A stretch of DNA of 64,000 bases, taken from NCBI GenBank assembly GCA_017425655.1, contig JAFPAT010000009.1:2534-66533 (forward strand). Direction: 5' to 3'. Positions within the stretch are counted from its first letter, which is position 1. Every line of letters starts with the position of its first letter. The notes beneath the pieces were generated by a model that was given only the letters and a program-made list of their open reading frames with translations, ran no database searches and was not told the DNA's origin. Source of the DNA: Rikenellaceae bacterium (GTDB taxonomy: Bacteria > Bacteroidota > Bacteroidia > Bacteroidales > Rikenellaceae). This document shows, piece by piece, positions 39,113-50,829 of the stretch. A program made the position numbers and the translations under genes.

Positions 39113-41869
39113 ATGGAATACGATTTTAGAGCCATCGAAGCCAAATGGCAAAAGGAGTGGCGCGAAAAGGGTACCTACAAAGTAGAGGTCGATCCGTCGC
39201 GTCCCAAATTCTATGTCCTCGATATGTTCCCATATCCGTCGGGCGCAGGTCTGCACGTAGGCCACCCGCTGGGTTACATCGCCTCGGATATCTACTCGCG
39301 CTACAAGCGTCTGTGCGGCTTTAATGTGTTGCACCCGATGGGCTACGATGCCTTCGGTCTGCCCGCCGAGCAGTATGCCATTCAGACGGGTCAGCACCCC
39401 GCCGTTACCACCACGCAGAACATCAACCGCTATCGTGAGCAGTTGGACAAGATCGGTTTCTCGTTCGATTGGAGCCGCGAGGTGCGCACCTGTGAGCCCG
39501 AATATTACAAATGGACCCAGTGGGCATTTGTGCAGATGTTCTCGCACTACTACGACAACGTCGAGCAGTGTGCCCGTCCGATCGAGGAGCTGATTGCCAA
39601 GTTTGCCGCAAATGGTACCGAGGGTGTCGATGCTGCTTGCACCGTCGATATGAAATTCTCGGCCGAGGAGTGGGCTGCAATGAACGAGAAGGAGCATGAG
39701 CAGGTGTTGCAGAACTATCGTCTGGCGTTCCGTGCCGATACGATGGTGAATTGGTGCCCCGCATTGGGTACGGTGCTGGCTAACGACGAGGTTAAAGACG
39801 GCCTGTCGGAGCGTGGCGGCCACCCCGTTGAGCAGAAGCGTATGAAGCAGTGGTTGCTGCGTGTTACGGCTTATGCACAGCGTATGTTGGACGGCTTGGA
39901 GAAGTTGGAGTGGAGCGAATCGCTCAAGGAGATCCAGCGAAATTGGATCGGCCGCAGTACGGGTGCGCAGATGTTCTTCGATGTGAAGGGTATGGAGGAG
40001 AAGTTGGAGATCTTCACCACACGTCCCGATACCGTTTTCGGCGTAACGTTTATGGTTATTGCGCCTGAACACCAGTGGATTGATAGACTGACCACCGACG
40101 AGAATCGTGCGGCAGTCGAGGATTATATCGCCCAGACCAAGAAACGCTCGGAGCGTGAGCGTATCGCCGAGACCAAGCGCGTGAGTGGCGTTGCAACGGG
40201 TTCGTATGCAGTGAACCCCTTCACGGGTAAGGAGATTCCGATCTATGTTTCGGATTACGTTCTGGCAGGTTATGGTACGGGTGCGATTATGGCCGTTCCC
40301 GCGCACGACTCGCGCGACTACGCCTTTGCTCGCCACTTCGGTTTGGAGATCGTTCCCGTGGTTGAGGGTGGCGATATCAGCAAGGAGAGCTACGATGCCA
40401 AGTCGGGTGCGATGATCAACTCGGGCTTCATTACGGGTATGGACGTTAAGGAGGCTATCGAGGTTATGTTCGACGAGGTTGAGAAGCGCGGTATCGGTCG
40501 CAAGCGTATCAACTATCGCCTGCGCGATGCGATCTTCTCGCGTCAGCGCTATTGGGGCGAGCCGTTCCCCGTCTATTATAAAGACGATGTGGCTTACACG
40601 TTGCCCGTCGATCAGTTGCCGTTGCAGCTGCCGCCCATCAAGGACTTTGGTCCTACGGAGCAGGGTGAGCCCCCTCTGGCACGTGTCGAGGGTTGGTGCA
40701 CCGAGGCAGGCGAGCCGTTTGAGCTCTCGACAATGCCCGGTTTTGCAGGCTCGTCGGCCTACTATCTGCGCTATATGGACCCCCACAACTCGGAGGCTCT
40801 GGTTAGCCGCGAGGCGGATGAGTATTGGCGCAATGTCGATCTCTATGTGGGCGGTATCGAGCACGCTACGGGCCACCTGATGTATTCGCGTTTCTGGAAT
40901 ATGTTCCTCTACGATTTGGGTTACGTTTGCGAGGACGAGCCCTTCAAGAAGCTGGTTAATCAGGGTATGATCCAGGGCCGCTCGAACTTCGTTTATCGCG
41001 TGGTCGGTACGAATAAGTTCGTGTCGCTCGGTCTGCGCGACCAATATGAGACGCAGGAGATCCACGTCGATGTCAATATCGTTCGCAACGATGTGCTCGA
41101 TCTGGAGGCCTTCCGCAAGTGGCGTCCCGAGTTTGCCGATGCCGAGTTTATTTTGGAGGATGGCAAGTATGTCTGCGGCTGGGCTATCGAGAAGATGTCG
41201 AAGTCGATGTTCAATGTCGTTAATCCCGACTATATCGTCGAGGCCTACGGTGCCGATACACTGCGTATGTACGAGATGTTCCTCGGTCCGTTGGAGCAGT
41301 CGAAGCCGTGGGATACCAACGGTATCGACGGTGTACATAAGTTCCTGCGCCGTCTGTGGGGTCTGTTCTACGACCGCTTTGGCGAGTTCAAACTCACCGA
41401 CGAAAAGGCAACTCCCGCCGAGTTGAAAACCCTCCACAAGACCATCAAGAAGGTGCGTGAGGATATCGAGAACTTCTCGTTCAACACCTCGATCGCGGCC
41501 TTTATGATCTGCCTCAATGAGTTGGGCGACTGCCCCAAGCGCGAGATCGTCGAGCCGCTGGTGGTGCTGATTGCGCCGTTTGCGCCCCATATCGCCGAGG
41601 AGTTGTGGCATACGTTGGGACACGAAACATCGGTTTGCGATGCGAAATATCCCGAATTCTGTGCCGAGTACCTCGTTGAGAACAGCCACGAGTATCCCGT
41701 TTCGATCAATGGCAAGATGCGCTTCAAGAAGGAGTTACCGCTCGATATGCCTAACGATGAGATCATCGCAACGGTGCTAGCCGATCCCGCAGCGCAGAAG
41801 TGGACCGAAGGCCGCGAGCCGAAGAAGGTGATCGTGGTTAAGGGCAAGATTATCAACATTGTAATTTAA
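39113..41869 (+). CDS. leuS: Leucine--tRNA ligase
   Basis: [49 protein letters not shown]. Confidence 0.98.
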   Translation: MEYDFRAIEAKWQKEWREKGTYKVEVDPSRPKFYVLDMFPYPSGAGLHVGHPLGYIASDIYSRYKRLCGFNVLHPMGYDAFGLPAEQYAIQTGQHPAVTTTQNINRYREQLDKIGFSFDWSREVRTCEPEYYKWTQWAFVQMFSHYYDNVEQCARPIEELIAKFAANGTEGVDAACTVDMKFSAEEWAAMNEKEHEQVLQNYRLAFRADTMVNWCPALGTVLANDEVKDGLSERGGHPVEQKRMKQWLLRVTAYAQRMLDGLEKLEWSESLKEIQRNWIGRSTGAQMFFDVKGMEEKLEIFTTRPDTVFGVTFMVIAPEHQWIDRLTTDENRAAVEDYIAQTKKRSERERIAETKRVSGVATGSYAVNPFTGKEIPIYVSDYVLAGYGTGAIMAVPAHDSRDYAFARHFGLEIVPVVEGGDISKESYDAKSGAMINSGFITGMDVKEAIEVMFDEVEKRGIGRKRINYRLRDAIFSRQRYWGEPFPVYYKDDVAYTLPVDQLPLQLPPIKDFGPTEQGEPPLARVEGWCTEAGEPFELSTMPGFAGSSAYYLRYMDPHNSEALVSREADEYWRNVDLYVGGIEHATGHLMYSRFWNMFLYDLGYVCEDEPFKKLVNQGMIQGRSNFVYRVVGTNKFVSLGLRDQYETQEIHVDVNIVRNDVLDLEAFRKWRPEFADAEFILEDGKYVCGWAIEKMSKSMFNVVNPDYIVEAYGADTLRMYEMFLGPLEQSKPWDTNGIDGVHKFLRRLWGLFYDRFGEFKLTDEKATPAELKTLHKTIKKVREDIENFSFNTSIAAFMICLNELGDCPKREIVEPLVVLIAPFAPHIAEELWHTLGHETSVCDAKYPEFCAEYLVENSHEYPVSINGKMRFKKELPLDMPNDEIIATVLADPAAQKWTEGREPKKVIVVKGKIINIVI

Positions 41870-41889
41870 CTCTACACAATCGAAAAATA

Positions 41890-42714
41890 ATGAACTACAA
41901 CCAACTTTTCGAGCAGATTCGCGCCAAGCAGAGCTTCTTGTGCGTGGGTCTTGATACCGATGTCCGCAAACTGCCCGAGGCGGTACGCGAGGCTGCGGAT
42001 CCGATCTTTGAGTTCAATCGCGCCATTGTCGATGCTACGGCTCCCTATACGGTCTGCTATAAGCCCAATCTGGCCTTCTACGAGGAGCACGGTGCGGCAG
42101 GTATGGAGAGCTTCGAGCGCACTTGCCGCTATATCCGCGAGAAGTATCCCGAAATCTTCATTATTGCCGATGCAAAGCGTGGCGATATCGGTAACACGTC
42201 GGCAATGTACGCCCGCGCTTTCTTCGAAGAGGGGCTGGTCGATGCCGTAACCTTGTCGCCCTATATGGGCCGCGATACGGTGGCTCCGTTCCTCGAATAT
42301 GAGGGTAAGTGGTCTGTTATTCTGGCTCTTACGTCGAATCCGTCGGCGGCTGATTTCGAGTTGCTTACGTTGGCTGATGGTCGCAAGCTCTATGAGCAGG
42401 TGCTGCTGACTGCGTCGCAGTGGGGCTCGAAGGAGAATACGATGTTTGTCGTTGGTGCAACGCAGGCACAGATGCTTGGCGGTATCCGTAAGCTTGTTCC
42501 CGATCACTTCCTGCTTGTTCCCGGTGTAGGTGCGCAGGGAGGCTCGTTGCGCGATGTTGCAGCGCACGGAATGAACTCGCATTGCGGCCTTTTGGTCAAT
42601 TCGTCGCGCGGTATTATCTACGCCTCGAAGGGTGCCGATTTTGCGGAGGTTGCAGGTCAGAAAGCGGCCGAAATGCAGGCTGAAATGGCCGAGCTGTTGG
42701 TGCAGTATCTCTAA
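41890..42714 (+). CDS. pyrF: Orotidine-5'-phosphate decarboxylase
   Basis: [49 protein letters not shown]. Confidence 0.96.
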   Translation: MNYNQLFEQIRAKQSFLCVGLDTDVRKLPEAVREAADPIFEFNRAIVDATAPYTVCYKPNLAFYEEHGAAGMESFERTCRYIREKYPEIFIIADAKRGDIGNTSAMYARAFFEEGLVDAVTLSPYMGRDTVAPFLEYEGKWSVILALTSNPSAADFELLTLADGRKLYEQVLLTASQWGSKENTMFVVGATQAQMLGGIRKLVPDHFLLVPGVGAQGGSLRDVAAHGMNSHCGLLVNSSRGIIYASKGADFAEVAGQKAAEMQAEMAELLVQYL

Positions 42715-42796
42715 TTTTCGGACTACGAAAAATCGAATTTTACGCCGCCTTGCCTTGATTCGGGGCGGGCGGCGTAAGTTTTATATATTATTGAAT

Positions 42797-43480
42797 ATGA
42801 GAAAGTTTTATTTTGTAGCGGTGGTGGCTTGTGCGCTCTTGACCAGCTGCGCCGCACCCCGAATTTCGCTTCGCGGAGAGCACCTCGAAATCCCTCGTGG
42901 AACGGTCGTTGTTGATGGTTCGGCAGCCGATTGGAGCGACGCTCGTCAGCTCACGACGCTCACCAGCGCGCACGATCACACGACCCCCGACGGAACGCGT
43001 GTTGCGCTCTGCTATGACGATGAAAAATTGTACTTTTTATTCGAGGTTGATGACCCCGCAATCGTAACGGGACCCGCCGAAAATGAGCGCGATTTGTTCG
43101 ATCACGATCGTGTCGAATTGTTCTTTTCGTCGGATCGTAAAATGACCTTCTATTGTGGTGCCGAGATCGCCGAGGCAGGTGTCCTTGATCACGGTGTAGA
43201 TGATAGTGGAAAGAATACTATGGCGTGGAATTTCAAGACATTAGAGTACAAAGTTGCACACACCGACAAGGGCTATGTAACCGAAGGTTCGTTCGATATG
43301 AAGGAGCTGCGCGAGTTGAATTTAGTCGGTCGAAATGGTCGAATTTTCCTCGGCATTTTCCGAGGCGATAATCCCGCTGACGGCTCGAAATATCGCTGGC
43401 TTTCGTGGACCATTGCGGACAAATTGCCCCGCCCGAATTTTCACCATCCCTACTCGCAGGGAGTTGCTTATCTGAAGTAA
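42797..43480 (+). CDS. Lipoprotein with CBM9/DOMON-like sugar-binding domain
   Basis: Lipobox LTSC, VDG...DW, YDDEKLYFLFEVDD, DRVELFF, PNFH. Start at ATG 42797. Confidence 0.75.
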   Translation: MRKFYFVAVVACALLTSCAAPRISLRGEHLEIPRGTVVVDGSAADWSDARQLTTLTSAHDHTTPDGTRVALCYDDEKLYFLFEVDDPAIVTGPAENERDLFDHDRVELFFSSDRKMTFYCGAEIAEAGVLDHGVDDSGKNTMAWNFKTLEYKVAHTDKGYVTEGSFDMKELRELNLVGRNGRIFLGIFRGDNPADGSKYRWLSWTIADKLPRPNFHHPYSQGVAYLK

Positions 43481-43504
43481 TTCAATGTCCGCAATTCGCA
43501 ATTC

Positions 43505-43533
43505 AGCCGCGCTCGAAAGGGTGCGGCTTTTTT
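43505..43533 (+). terminator. Intrinsic terminator
   Basis: AGCCGCGCTC-GAAA-GGGTGCGGCT plus T-run. Confidence 0.85.
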
Positions 43534-43682
43534 AATTCGCAATTCACAATTCACAATTCACGATTCACGATTCACAATTTTTCTTTGCTGCAAATGAATT
43601 GCGCGCTGCCCCTGCCGCCGCGTATGCTCAAAGAGTGAATCAAACAAACAATTTTGAATCATTAATCGTGAATTGTGAATTG
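43534..43682. repeat. Heptamer (RATTCRC) tandem array with inverted copy
   Basis: Six units at 43534-43575; 43664-43682 is the exact reverse complement of 43547-43565. Confidence 0.85.
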
Positions 43683-43977
43683 AAATCGACCTCTCACGCG
43701 TGCGCGTTATGCCCGACCGCTAACATGCAATAAAACAAAAATATAGCCCTCGAAGGTCGCGCTTTGGAGAGTTGTCTTATTGAAATGTTGGTAATGCGCA
43801 GATAATCAGTGAAATAGCGGTCGTAAATTCGCAATGCGATAAATGAAATTTATTTCGCGTGAGATTCGATAAGAAAATACAATCGCAAAATCGACCAAAA
43901 ACCGCTAAAACGCTGAAAAATCGGGCTGAAAAAGGTGAAAAAAGTTGAGCAAAATTGGTGGAAATAAAAAAAATGCG

Positions 43978-43985
43978 TACCTTTG
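43978..43985 (+). promoter_or_regulatory. -7 element of the rpsL operon promoter
   Basis: TACCTTTG with TTG 20 nt upstream. Confidence 0.8.
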
Positions 43986-44049
43986 CAGTCCCATTTTGAG
44001 ATGGGATTGACGAAATATTAACAAAAATAAAGGACAAAACAGTAAGAAA

Positions 44050-44454
44050 ATGCCTACTATTCAACAGTTAGTAAGAAATGGCAGAACGCACGTTGACTTC
44101 AAGAGTAAGTCGCCTGCGCTCGATGCGTGTCCTCAGCGCCGTGGTGTTTGTACCCGTGTGTACACCACCACCCCCAAGAAGCCTAACTCGGCTATGCGTA
44201 AGGTGGCACGTGTGAAATTGACTAATGGTAAAGAGGTGAATGCCTACATTCCGGGCGAAGGCCACAACTTGCAGGAGCACTCGATCGTTCTGGTTCGTGG
44301 TGGTCGTGTAAAGGACCTTCCGGGTGTACGTTATCACTTGGTTCGTGGTGCTTTGGATTCGGCAGGTGTAGACGGTCGTCTGCAGCGTCGTTCGAAGTAC
44401 GGTGCAAAGCGTCCTAAGGCAGGTAAGGGTGGCGCTCCCGCAAAGAAGAAGTAA
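44050..44454 (+). CDS. rpsL: 30S ribosomal protein S12
   Basis: [25 protein letters not shown]. Confidence 0.99.
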   Translation: MPTIQQLVRNGRTHVDFKSKSPALDACPQRRGVCTRVYTTTPKKPNSAMRKVARVKLTNGKEVNAYIPGEGHNLQEHSIVLVRGGRVKDLPGVRYHLVRGALDSAGVDGRLQRRSKYGAKRPKAGKGGAPAKKK

Positions 44455-44486
44455 AAAGAAGAAATTTTTAACAAAGAGAAACAACA

Positions 44487-44963
44487 ATGAGAAAAGCAAA
44501 GCCTAAGAAGCGAATTCTACTTCCGGATCCCAAGTTCTCGGACGTACTTGTTACAAGGTTTGTGAACAACCTTATGTTGGACGGAAAGAAGAGTATTGCC
44601 TATTCGATTTTCTACGATGCGTTGGATATCGTTGGCGAGAAGATGAAGGATGCAGACAAATCTCCCCTCGAAATTTGGAAGCAGGCACTTGAAAACATCA
44701 CCCCGCAGGTCGAGGTTAAGTCGAAGCGTATCGGTGGTGCTACCTTCCAGGTTCCTACCGAGGTGAGAGCAGAGCGCAAGATTTCGATTTCGATGAAAAA
44801 CCTTGTCCTTTATTCTCGTAAGCGCGCTGGTAAGTCGATGGCAGAGAAACTCTCAGGTGAGATAATGGCAGCATACAACCAGGAGGGTGCTGCATTCAAG
44901 CGTAAGGAGGAAATGCACCGTATGGCTGAGGCCAACAAGGCATTCGCTCATTTTAGATTTTAA
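44487..44963 (+). CDS. rpsG: 30S ribosomal protein S7
   Basis: [26 protein letters not shown]. Confidence 0.99.
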   Translation: MRKAKPKKRILLPDPKFSDVLVTRFVNNLMLDGKKSIAYSIFYDALDIVGEKMKDADKSPLEIWKQALENITPQVEVKSKRIGGATFQVPTEVRAERKISISMKNLVLYSRKRAGKSMAEKLSGEIMAAYNQEGAAFKRKEEMHRMAEANKAFAHFRF

Positions 44964-44980
44964 TGTAGAGGATTACGAAG

Positions 44981-47095
44981 ATGGCAGCAAGAGATTTGAA
45001 ATACACTCGTAATATCGGTATCATGGCTCACATCGATGCCGGTAAGACTACTACTTCGGAGCGTATCCTCTTCTATACTGGTAAGACCCACAAGATCGGC
45101 GAGACCCACGAGGGTGCAGCTACTATGGACTGGATGGCACAGGAGCAGGAGCGTGGTATCACCATCACCTCGGCAGCTACTACCGCTTTCTGGAACTATC
45201 AGGGTCATCAGTATCAGATCAACCTGATCGACACCCCGGGACACGTTGACTTTACCGTTGAGGTAGAGCGTTCGTTGCGTGTTCTCGACGGTGCTGTTGC
45301 TACTTTCTGCGCAGTTGGTGGTGTTGAGCCCCAGTCGGAGACTGTATGGCGTCAGGCTGACAAGTACAACGTACCCCGTATCGGTTACGTTAACAAGATG
45401 GACCGTACCGGTGCAGACTTCTACGCAGTTTGCGCACAGATCAAGGAGCACTTCGGTACGACCGCTCTGCCCGTTGTTCTTCCCATCGGTGTAGAGGATA
45501 AGTTCGAGGGTTTGATTGACCTTATATATAATAAGGCAGTCTACTACTACGATGACAAGACCGTTCGCGACAACTTCGAGTTGCGTGAGATCCCCGAAAA
45601 TATGAAGGCTGAGGCCGAGGAGTGGCGTAACAAGTTGATCGAGGAGGTTGCTTCGGTTGACGACGCTCTGATGGAGAAGTTCTTCGAGGATCCCGATTCG
45701 ATCACTCCCGAGGAGCTGATCGCAGCAATCCGTACTGCAACTATGCAGATGCAGGTTGTTCCTATGTTGTGCGGCTCGTCGTTCCACAACAAGGGTGTAC
45801 AGCACCTGCTCGACGCAGTTATGGCTTACTTGCCCTCGCCGCTGGATGTTCCCGCAATCGAGGGTGTTAACCCCAAGACCGAGGAGACCGAGGTTCGTAA
45901 CGCAACCGAGGACGATCCTTTCTGCGGTTTGGCATTTAAGATCGCTACCGACCCCTTCGTAGGTCGTTTGGCATTCGTTCGCGTATATTCGGGTAAGTTG
46001 GACGCAGGTTCGTATGTTTACAATGCACGTAGTGGCAAGCGTGAGCGTATCAGCCGTATCTACCAGATGCACGCTAACAAGCAGAACCCCCTGGAGACCG
46101 TAGGTGCAGGTGATATCTGCGCAGCAGTAGGTTTCAAGGAGATTCGCACCGGTGATACTCTGTGCGGTGAGGGCTCGCCCATCGTATTGGAGCAGATGAC
46201 CTTCCCCGAGCCGGTTATCGGTTTGGCAGTTGAGCCCAAGACCCAGAAGGATCTTGATAAGCTCGGCATCGCACTCGGCAAGTTGGCAGAGGAGGATCCC
46301 ACCTTCACCGTTAAGACCGACGAGGATAGCGGTCAGACTATCATCAGCGGTATGGGTGAGCTCCACTTGGATATCATCGTTGACCGTCTGAAGCGTGAGT
46401 TCGGCGTAGAGATCAACCAGGGTGCTCCCCAGGTTAACTACAAGGAGGCTCTTACCCAGACTGTTCAGCACCGTGAGGTATTCAAGAAGCAGACCGGTGG
46501 TCGCGGTAAGTTCGCAGATATTATCTTCGAGATCGGTCCCGCATCGGAGGGCAAGGTTGGTCTTGAGTTCGTTGATGAGGTTAAGGGCGGTAACATTCCC
46601 AAGGAGTTTATCCCCGCAGTTCAGAAGGGCTTCGAGTCGGCTATGGCTAACGGTGCTTTGGCAGGTTACACTATGGATTCGATGAAGATTACCTTGAAGG
46701 ACGGTTCGTTCCACCCCGTTGACTCGGATCAGTTGTCGTTTGAGATCGCTGCACGTAACGGTTTCCGTGTTGCAGCTCCCAAGGCAGGTTCGGTGATTAT
46801 GGAGCCCATTATGTCGGTTGAGGTTGTAACTCCCGAGGAGAATATGGGTGATATCATCGGCGACTTGAACAAGCGTCGTGGTCAGATCCAGGGTATGGAG
46901 CAGAAGGGTACTGCACGTGTGGTTAAGGCTAAGGTTCCCCTGTCGGAGATGTTTGGTTATGTAACCGTACTGCGTACTATCTCGTCGGGTCGTGCAACTT
47001 CGTCGATGGAGTTCTCGCACTTCGAGGAGGTACCCGCTAACCTCGCAAAGGATATTATCGAGAAAGCAAGTGGCAAACGTAAGGATTTAGAATAA
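44981..47095 (+). CDS. fusA: Elongation factor G (canonical)
   Basis: [26 protein letters not shown]. Confidence 0.99.
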   Translation: MAARDLKYTRNIGIMAHIDAGKTTTSERILFYTGKTHKIGETHEGAATMDWMAQEQERGITITSAATTAFWNYQGHQYQINLIDTPGHVDFTVEVERSLRVLDGAVATFCAVGGVEPQSETVWRQADKYNVPRIGYVNKMDRTGADFYAVCAQIKEHFGTTALPVVLPIGVEDKFEGLIDLIYNKAVYYYDDKTVRDNFELREIPENMKAEAEEWRNKLIEEVASVDDALMEKFFEDPDSITPEELIAAIRTATMQMQVVPMLCGSSFHNKGVQHLLDAVMAYLPSPLDVPAIEGVNPKTEETEVRNATEDDPFCGLAFKIATDPFVGRLAFVRVYSGKLDAGSYVYNARSGKRERISRIYQMHANKQNPLETVGAGDICAAVGFKEIRTGDTLCGEGSPIVLEQMTFPEPVIGLAVEPKTQKDLDKLGIALGKLAEEDPTFTVKTDEDSGQTIISGMGELHLDIIVDRLKREFGVEINQGAPQVNYKEALTQTVQHREVFKKQTGGRGKFADIIFEIGPASEGKVGLEFVDEVKGGNIPKEFIPAVQKGFESAMANGALAGYTMDSMKITLKDGSFHPVDSDQLSFEIAARNGFRVAAPKAGSVIMEPIMSVEVVTPEENMGDIIGDLNKRRGQIQGMEQKGTARVVKAKVPLSEMFGYVTVLRTISSGRATSSMEFSHFEEVPANLAKDIIEKASGKRKDLE

Positions 47096-47104
47096 GAATT
47101 AGAT

Positions 47105-47410
47105 ATGAGCCAGAAAATTAGAATCAAATTGAAGTCGTTCGACCACAACCTGGTTGACAAGTCGGCTGAGAAGATCGTAAAGACGGTAAAGAGCACCGGC
47201 GCAGTAGTTAGCGGTCCTATTCCCCTGCCTACTCAGAAGAAGATCTTCACCGTAAACCGCTCGACCTTCGTTAACAAGAAGGCACGCGAGCAGTTCCAGC
47301 TCTCGACCTTCAAGCGTATCTTGGACATCTATAGCTCGACTCCCAAGACTATCGATGCTCTGATGAAGCTTGAGTTGCCCTCGGGCGTAGAGGTTGAGAT
47401 CAAGGTCTGA
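47105..47410 (+). CDS. rpsJ: 30S ribosomal protein S10
   Basis: [15 protein letters not shown]. Confidence 0.99.
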   Translation: MSQKIRIKLKSFDHNLVDKSAEKIVKTVKSTGAVVSGPIPLPTQKKIFTVNRSTFVNKKAREQFQLSTFKRILDIYSSTPKTIDALMKLELPSGVEVEIKV

Positions 47411-47747
47411 TCGACACACAATATCGTGAGGCATTAACGCGCCGAGCAGGTGGACAACCCACCGAAAGGTAGGTTGTCCAACGCTCGACACGCGCCTTTT
47501 CGAAGGGTGCGGAGCTTTTTGAGGGGGCCAAGGAGTAAAGTCGGAACACTGACGAGGCAAACCCAAACAAAAGTCGAAACAGAGTAAGAACCCTGTGAAT
47601 AAGGGCAGGAGCGATGAAATGGAGTAGGACCGATATGAAAAGCAAGAATCGAAAGAGAAATGCATAATATATAATATATAGGTATCGCGCACCAAACAAA
47701 ACAAGAAAACAAAACACACTTATAACAAACAAACGTAATTAGACAAA

Positions 47748-48362
47748 ATGTCAGGACTTATTGGAAAAAAAATCGGAATGACTTCCGTTTTCAGTGCCGA
47801 GGGTAAGAACATACCATGCACTGTTATTGAGGCTGGTCCGTGTGTAGTTACGCAAATCAAGACTGTGGAGACCGATGGTTATGAAGCAGTTCAGGTTGCC
47901 TATGACGACAAGAGTGAAAAGCACACCAGCAGCAGTTTGTTAGGACACTTCAAGAAGGCAGGTGTAACTCCCAAGCGTAAGCTTGTTGAGTTCAAGGGCC
48001 TCGGTGAGGTGAACCTTGGTGATACACTGACCGTTGAGGCTTTCGCAGAAGGCGATTGGGTAGACGTAACAGGTATCTCGAAGGGTAAAGGCTTCCAGGG
48101 CGTTGTTAAGCGCCACGGTTTCGCCGGTGTAGGTGGCCAGACTCACGGTCAGCACAACCGTCAGCGTAAGCCGGGTTCGCTTGGTGCATCGTCGTATCCC
48201 TCGCGCGTCTTCAAAGGCAAGCGTCTTCCGGGCCGCACAGGTGGCGATCAGGTTAAGGTTTCTAACCTGAAAGTATTCAAGGTAATTCCCGAGAGCAATC
48301 TGATCCTTGTAAAGGGTTCGGTTCCGGGTGCAAAGGGTTCGTACTTAGTAATTGAGAATTAA
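47748..48362 (+). CDS. rplC: 50S ribosomal protein L3
   Basis: [20 protein letters not shown]. Confidence 0.99.
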   Translation: MSGLIGKKIGMTSVFSAEGKNIPCTVIEAGPCVVTQIKTVETDGYEAVQVAYDDKSEKHTSSSLLGHFKKAGVTPKRKLVEFKGLGEVNLGDTLTVEAFAEGDWVDVTGISKGKGFQGVVKRHGFAGVGGQTHGQHNRQRKPGSLGASSYPSRVFKGKRLPGRTGGDQVKVSNLKVFKVIPESNLILVKGSVPGAKGSYLVIEN

Positions 48363-48364
48363 AG

Positions 48365-48991
48365 ATGGAATTAGCAGTATATAACACCTTAGGTAAAGAG
48401 ACAGGTAAGAAAGTAGTTCTTTCGGACGCTGTATTCGGTGTGGAGGCTAACGACCACGCTATTTATCTCGACGTTAAGCAGTACTTGGCAAACCAGCGTC
48501 AGGGTACTCACAAGTCGAAGCAGAAGAACGAAGTTGCAGGTTCGACCAAGAAGCTGAAGCGACAGAAGGGTACCGGTGGCGCACGTGCAGGTAGCATCAA
48601 GTCGCCCTTGTTCCCCGGTGGTGGTCGCGTATTTGGTCCCGTACCTCGCGATTATAGCTTCAAGCTGAACAAGAAGCTCAAGCAGTTGGCTCGCCGTAGC
48701 GCACTGACCTACAAGGCACAGGATAGCGCAATCACCGTAGTTGAGGACTTCGTAATGGAGGCACCCAAGACTAAGAAGGCAATCGAGCTGACCAAGAACC
48801 TGAACGTAGCAGAGAAGAAGGTATTGTTCGTAGTAACCGAGTCGAACCTGAACGTTTCGCTCTCGTGCCGTAACCTGCCCAACGTAAAGGTTATCAATGC
48901 AGCAAGCCTCAATACTTACGACGTGATGAACGCATCGGCCGTAGTTATGATGGAGGGCGCAGTAAATGTAATCAATGAAATGTTAGCTTAA
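48365..48991 (+). CDS. rplD: 50S ribosomal protein L4
   Basis: [24 protein letters not shown]. Confidence 0.99.
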   Translation: MELAVYNTLGKETGKKVVLSDAVFGVEANDHAIYLDVKQYLANQRQGTHKSKQKNEVAGSTKKLKRQKGTGGARAGSIKSPLFPGGGRVFGPVPRDYSFKLNKKLKQLARRSALTYKAQDSAITVVEDFVMEAPKTKKAIELTKNLNVAEKKVLFVVTESNLNVSLSCRNLPNVKVINAASLNTYDVMNASAVVMMEGAVNVINEMLA

Positions 48992-49003
48992 AACATTGAG
49001 GAA

Positions 49004-49294
49004 ATGGAAGTAATTATTAAGCCTATTTTGACCGAGAAGATGACGATTCAGGGCGAGAAGCTGAATCGCTACGGTTTTATCGTCGATACGAGAGCTAACA
49101 AGCTGCAGATCCGTAACGCCGTAGAGCAGATGTACAACGTAGTTGTAACTGACGTAAACACGATCAACGTAATGGGTAAGGCAAAGAGCCGCTACACCAA
49201 GGCTGGTCTGTTGGAAGGTCGTACTAACAATTTCAAGAAGGCTATCGTTACCTTGAAAGATGGTGATAAGATAGATTTTTACAGTAATATCTAA
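49004..49294 (+). CDS. rplW: 50S ribosomal protein L23
   Basis: PILTEK, ANKLQI, KKAIVTL. Confidence 0.98.
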   Translation: MEVIIKPILTEKMTIQGEKLNRYGFIVDTRANKLQIRNAVEQMYNVVVTDVNTINVMGKAKSRYTKAGLLEGRTNNFKKAIVTLKDGDKIDFYSNI

Positions 49295-49299
49295 GAGAG

Positions 49300-50121
49300 A
49301 TGGCAGTAAGAAAGTTTAAGCCGGTAACTCCCGGTACAAGACATAAGATTATCGGTACGTTCGACGAGATCACGACCTCGACTCCCGAGAAGTCGTTGCT
49401 TCGTGCAAAGAAATCAACTGGCGGTCGTAACAACGAGGGTAAGATGACTATGCGCTACATGGGCGGTGGTCATAAGCAGATGTATCGACTCGTTGATTTC
49501 AAGCGTGCAAAGGACGGTGTAGCTGCCGTAGTAAAGACTATCGAGTACGATCCTAACCGTACGGCACGTATCGCACTGATCTGCTACGCAGACGGTGAGA
49601 AGAGCTATATCTTGGCACCCAACGGCCTGAAAGTAGGTCAGACCGTAATGAGCGGCGCAGGCGTAGCTCCTGAAGTTGGTAACACCCTGTTCCTGTCGGA
49701 GATTCCGCTGGGTACGGTGATCCACAATATTGAACTCTACCCCGGTCAGGGTGCCGCAATGGCACGTAGCGCCGGTGCCTATGCACAGCTTCTGGCTCGT
49801 GAGGGCAAATTCGCGATTATCAAGTTGCCTTCGGGCGAAACTCGTATGGTACTCGTTACCTGCCGTGCAACCGTAGGTGTTGTATCGAATGTCGATCACA
49901 ACCTCGAAAGCCACGGTAAGGCAGGTCGCAAGCGTTGGTTGGGCCGTCGTCCGCACAACCGTGGTGTTGTAATGAACCCCGTAGATCACCCGATGGGTGG
50001 TGGCGAAGGTCGCGCTTCGGGTGGTCATCCTCGTTCGCGTAAGGGTCTGTTGGCAAAGGGTTACAAGACTCGCAACCCCAAGAAGACGACCTCGAAGTTT
50101 ATTATTTCAAAGAAAAAGTAA
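49300..50121 (+). CDS. rplB: 50S ribosomal protein L2
   Basis: [24 protein letters not shown]. Confidence 0.99.
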   Translation: MAVRKFKPVTPGTRHKIIGTFDEITTSTPEKSLLRAKKSTGGRNNEGKMTMRYMGGGHKQMYRLVDFKRAKDGVAAVVKTIEYDPNRTARIALICYADGEKSYILAPNGLKVGQTVMSGAGVAPEVGNTLFLSEIPLGTVIHNIELYPGQGAAMARSAGAYAQLLAREGKFAIIKLPSGETRMVLVTCRATVGVVSNVDHNLESHGKAGRKRWLGRRPHNRGVVMNPVDHPMGGGEGRASGGHPRSRKGLLAKGYKTRNPKKTTSKFIISKKK

Positions 50122-50137
50122 TTAAAAGAGTAACATA

Positions 50138-50407
50138 ATGAGCCGTTCATTAAAAAAAGGACCATTCATTGACCCGAAGCTTGAGGCAAGAGTAATTGCG
50201 CAGGCAGAGAGCAATAATAAGTCTGTTATCAAGACTTGGTCGCGTGCAAGTATGATTTCGCCTGACTTCGTAGGTCAGACGATCGCTGTCCACAACGGAA
50301 ATAAGTTTATTCCCGTATATGTAACTGAAAATATGGTGGGTCATAAGCTGGGCGAGTTCGCAGCAACCCGTAATTTCCGTGGTCACGGTGGTAACAAGAA
50401 AAAATAA
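50138..50407 (+). CDS. rpsS: 30S ribosomal protein S19
   Basis: [16 protein letters not shown]. Confidence 0.99.
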   Translation: MSRSLKKGPFIDPKLEARVIAQAESNNKSVIKTWSRASMISPDFVGQTIAVHNGNKFIPVYVTENMVGHKLGEFAATRNFRGHGGNKKK

Positions 50408-50415
50408 GGTAGAAC

Positions 50416-50823
50416 ATGGGTGCAAGAAAGAATTTAATGGCCGAAAAGTATAAGGCCGAGAAGAAGCAGAAAGCAATCGCTATTATGCGTGATTGCCCTA
50501 CTTCGCCCCGTAAGATGCGTCTGGTAGCAGACATCATCCGTGGCGTTGAGATCAATAAGGCTCTGGGTATCCTCCGCTACTCGAAGAAAGAGGCATCGAT
50601 CCGTTTGGAGAAGCTCCTCAAGTCGGCTATCGCTAACTGGGAGGCAAAGAATCCTAACGAGCGTTTGGAGGATAACACACTCTGCGTTAAGGAGGTATTC
50701 GTTGACTGCGGTCGTATGCTGAAGCGCGTACAGCCCGCTCCTCAGGGTCGTGCTCACCGTATTCGCAAGCGTTCGAACCACGTAACGCTGGTTGTTGACA
50801 AAATGGTAATCGAAAATAAGTAA
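50416..50823 (+). CDS. rplV: 50S ribosomal protein L22
   Basis: [17 protein letters not shown]. Confidence 0.99.
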   Translation: MGARKNLMAEKYKAEKKQKAIAIMRDCPTSPRKMRLVADIIRGVEINKALGILRYSKKEASIRLEKLLKSAIANWEAKNPNERLEDNTLCVKEVFVDCGRMLKRVQPAPQGRAHRIRKRSNHVTLVVDKMVIENK

Positions 50824-50829
50824 AAGCAA

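Noticed and set aside
38390-41689. 1099-aa antisense ORF opposite leuS, with similar ones opposite fusA2 (23279-25351), fusA (44960-47020), murA and prfA
   Set aside because: In-register antisense shadows caused by codon bias of the real genes; no recognisable motifs.
43534-43682. Possible CRISPR array
   Set aside because: Units are 7 bp with no spacers, and there are no cas genes.
47095-47105. Absence of tuf after fusA (and of adk after secY)
   Set aside because: Normal gene order for Bacteroidota.
47549-47590. Hammerhead-like core CTGACGAG..GAAAC..GTA in the rpsJ-rplC spacer
   Set aside because: Stem II is only 3 bp, stem III 2 bp, and no strand complementary to stem I exists in any permutation I could find.
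47099-47732. Minus-strand ORFs across the rpsJ-rplC spacer
   Set aside because: Phe/Leu/Ser-rich products of the purine-rich + strand, overlapping rpsJ; no support for coding.
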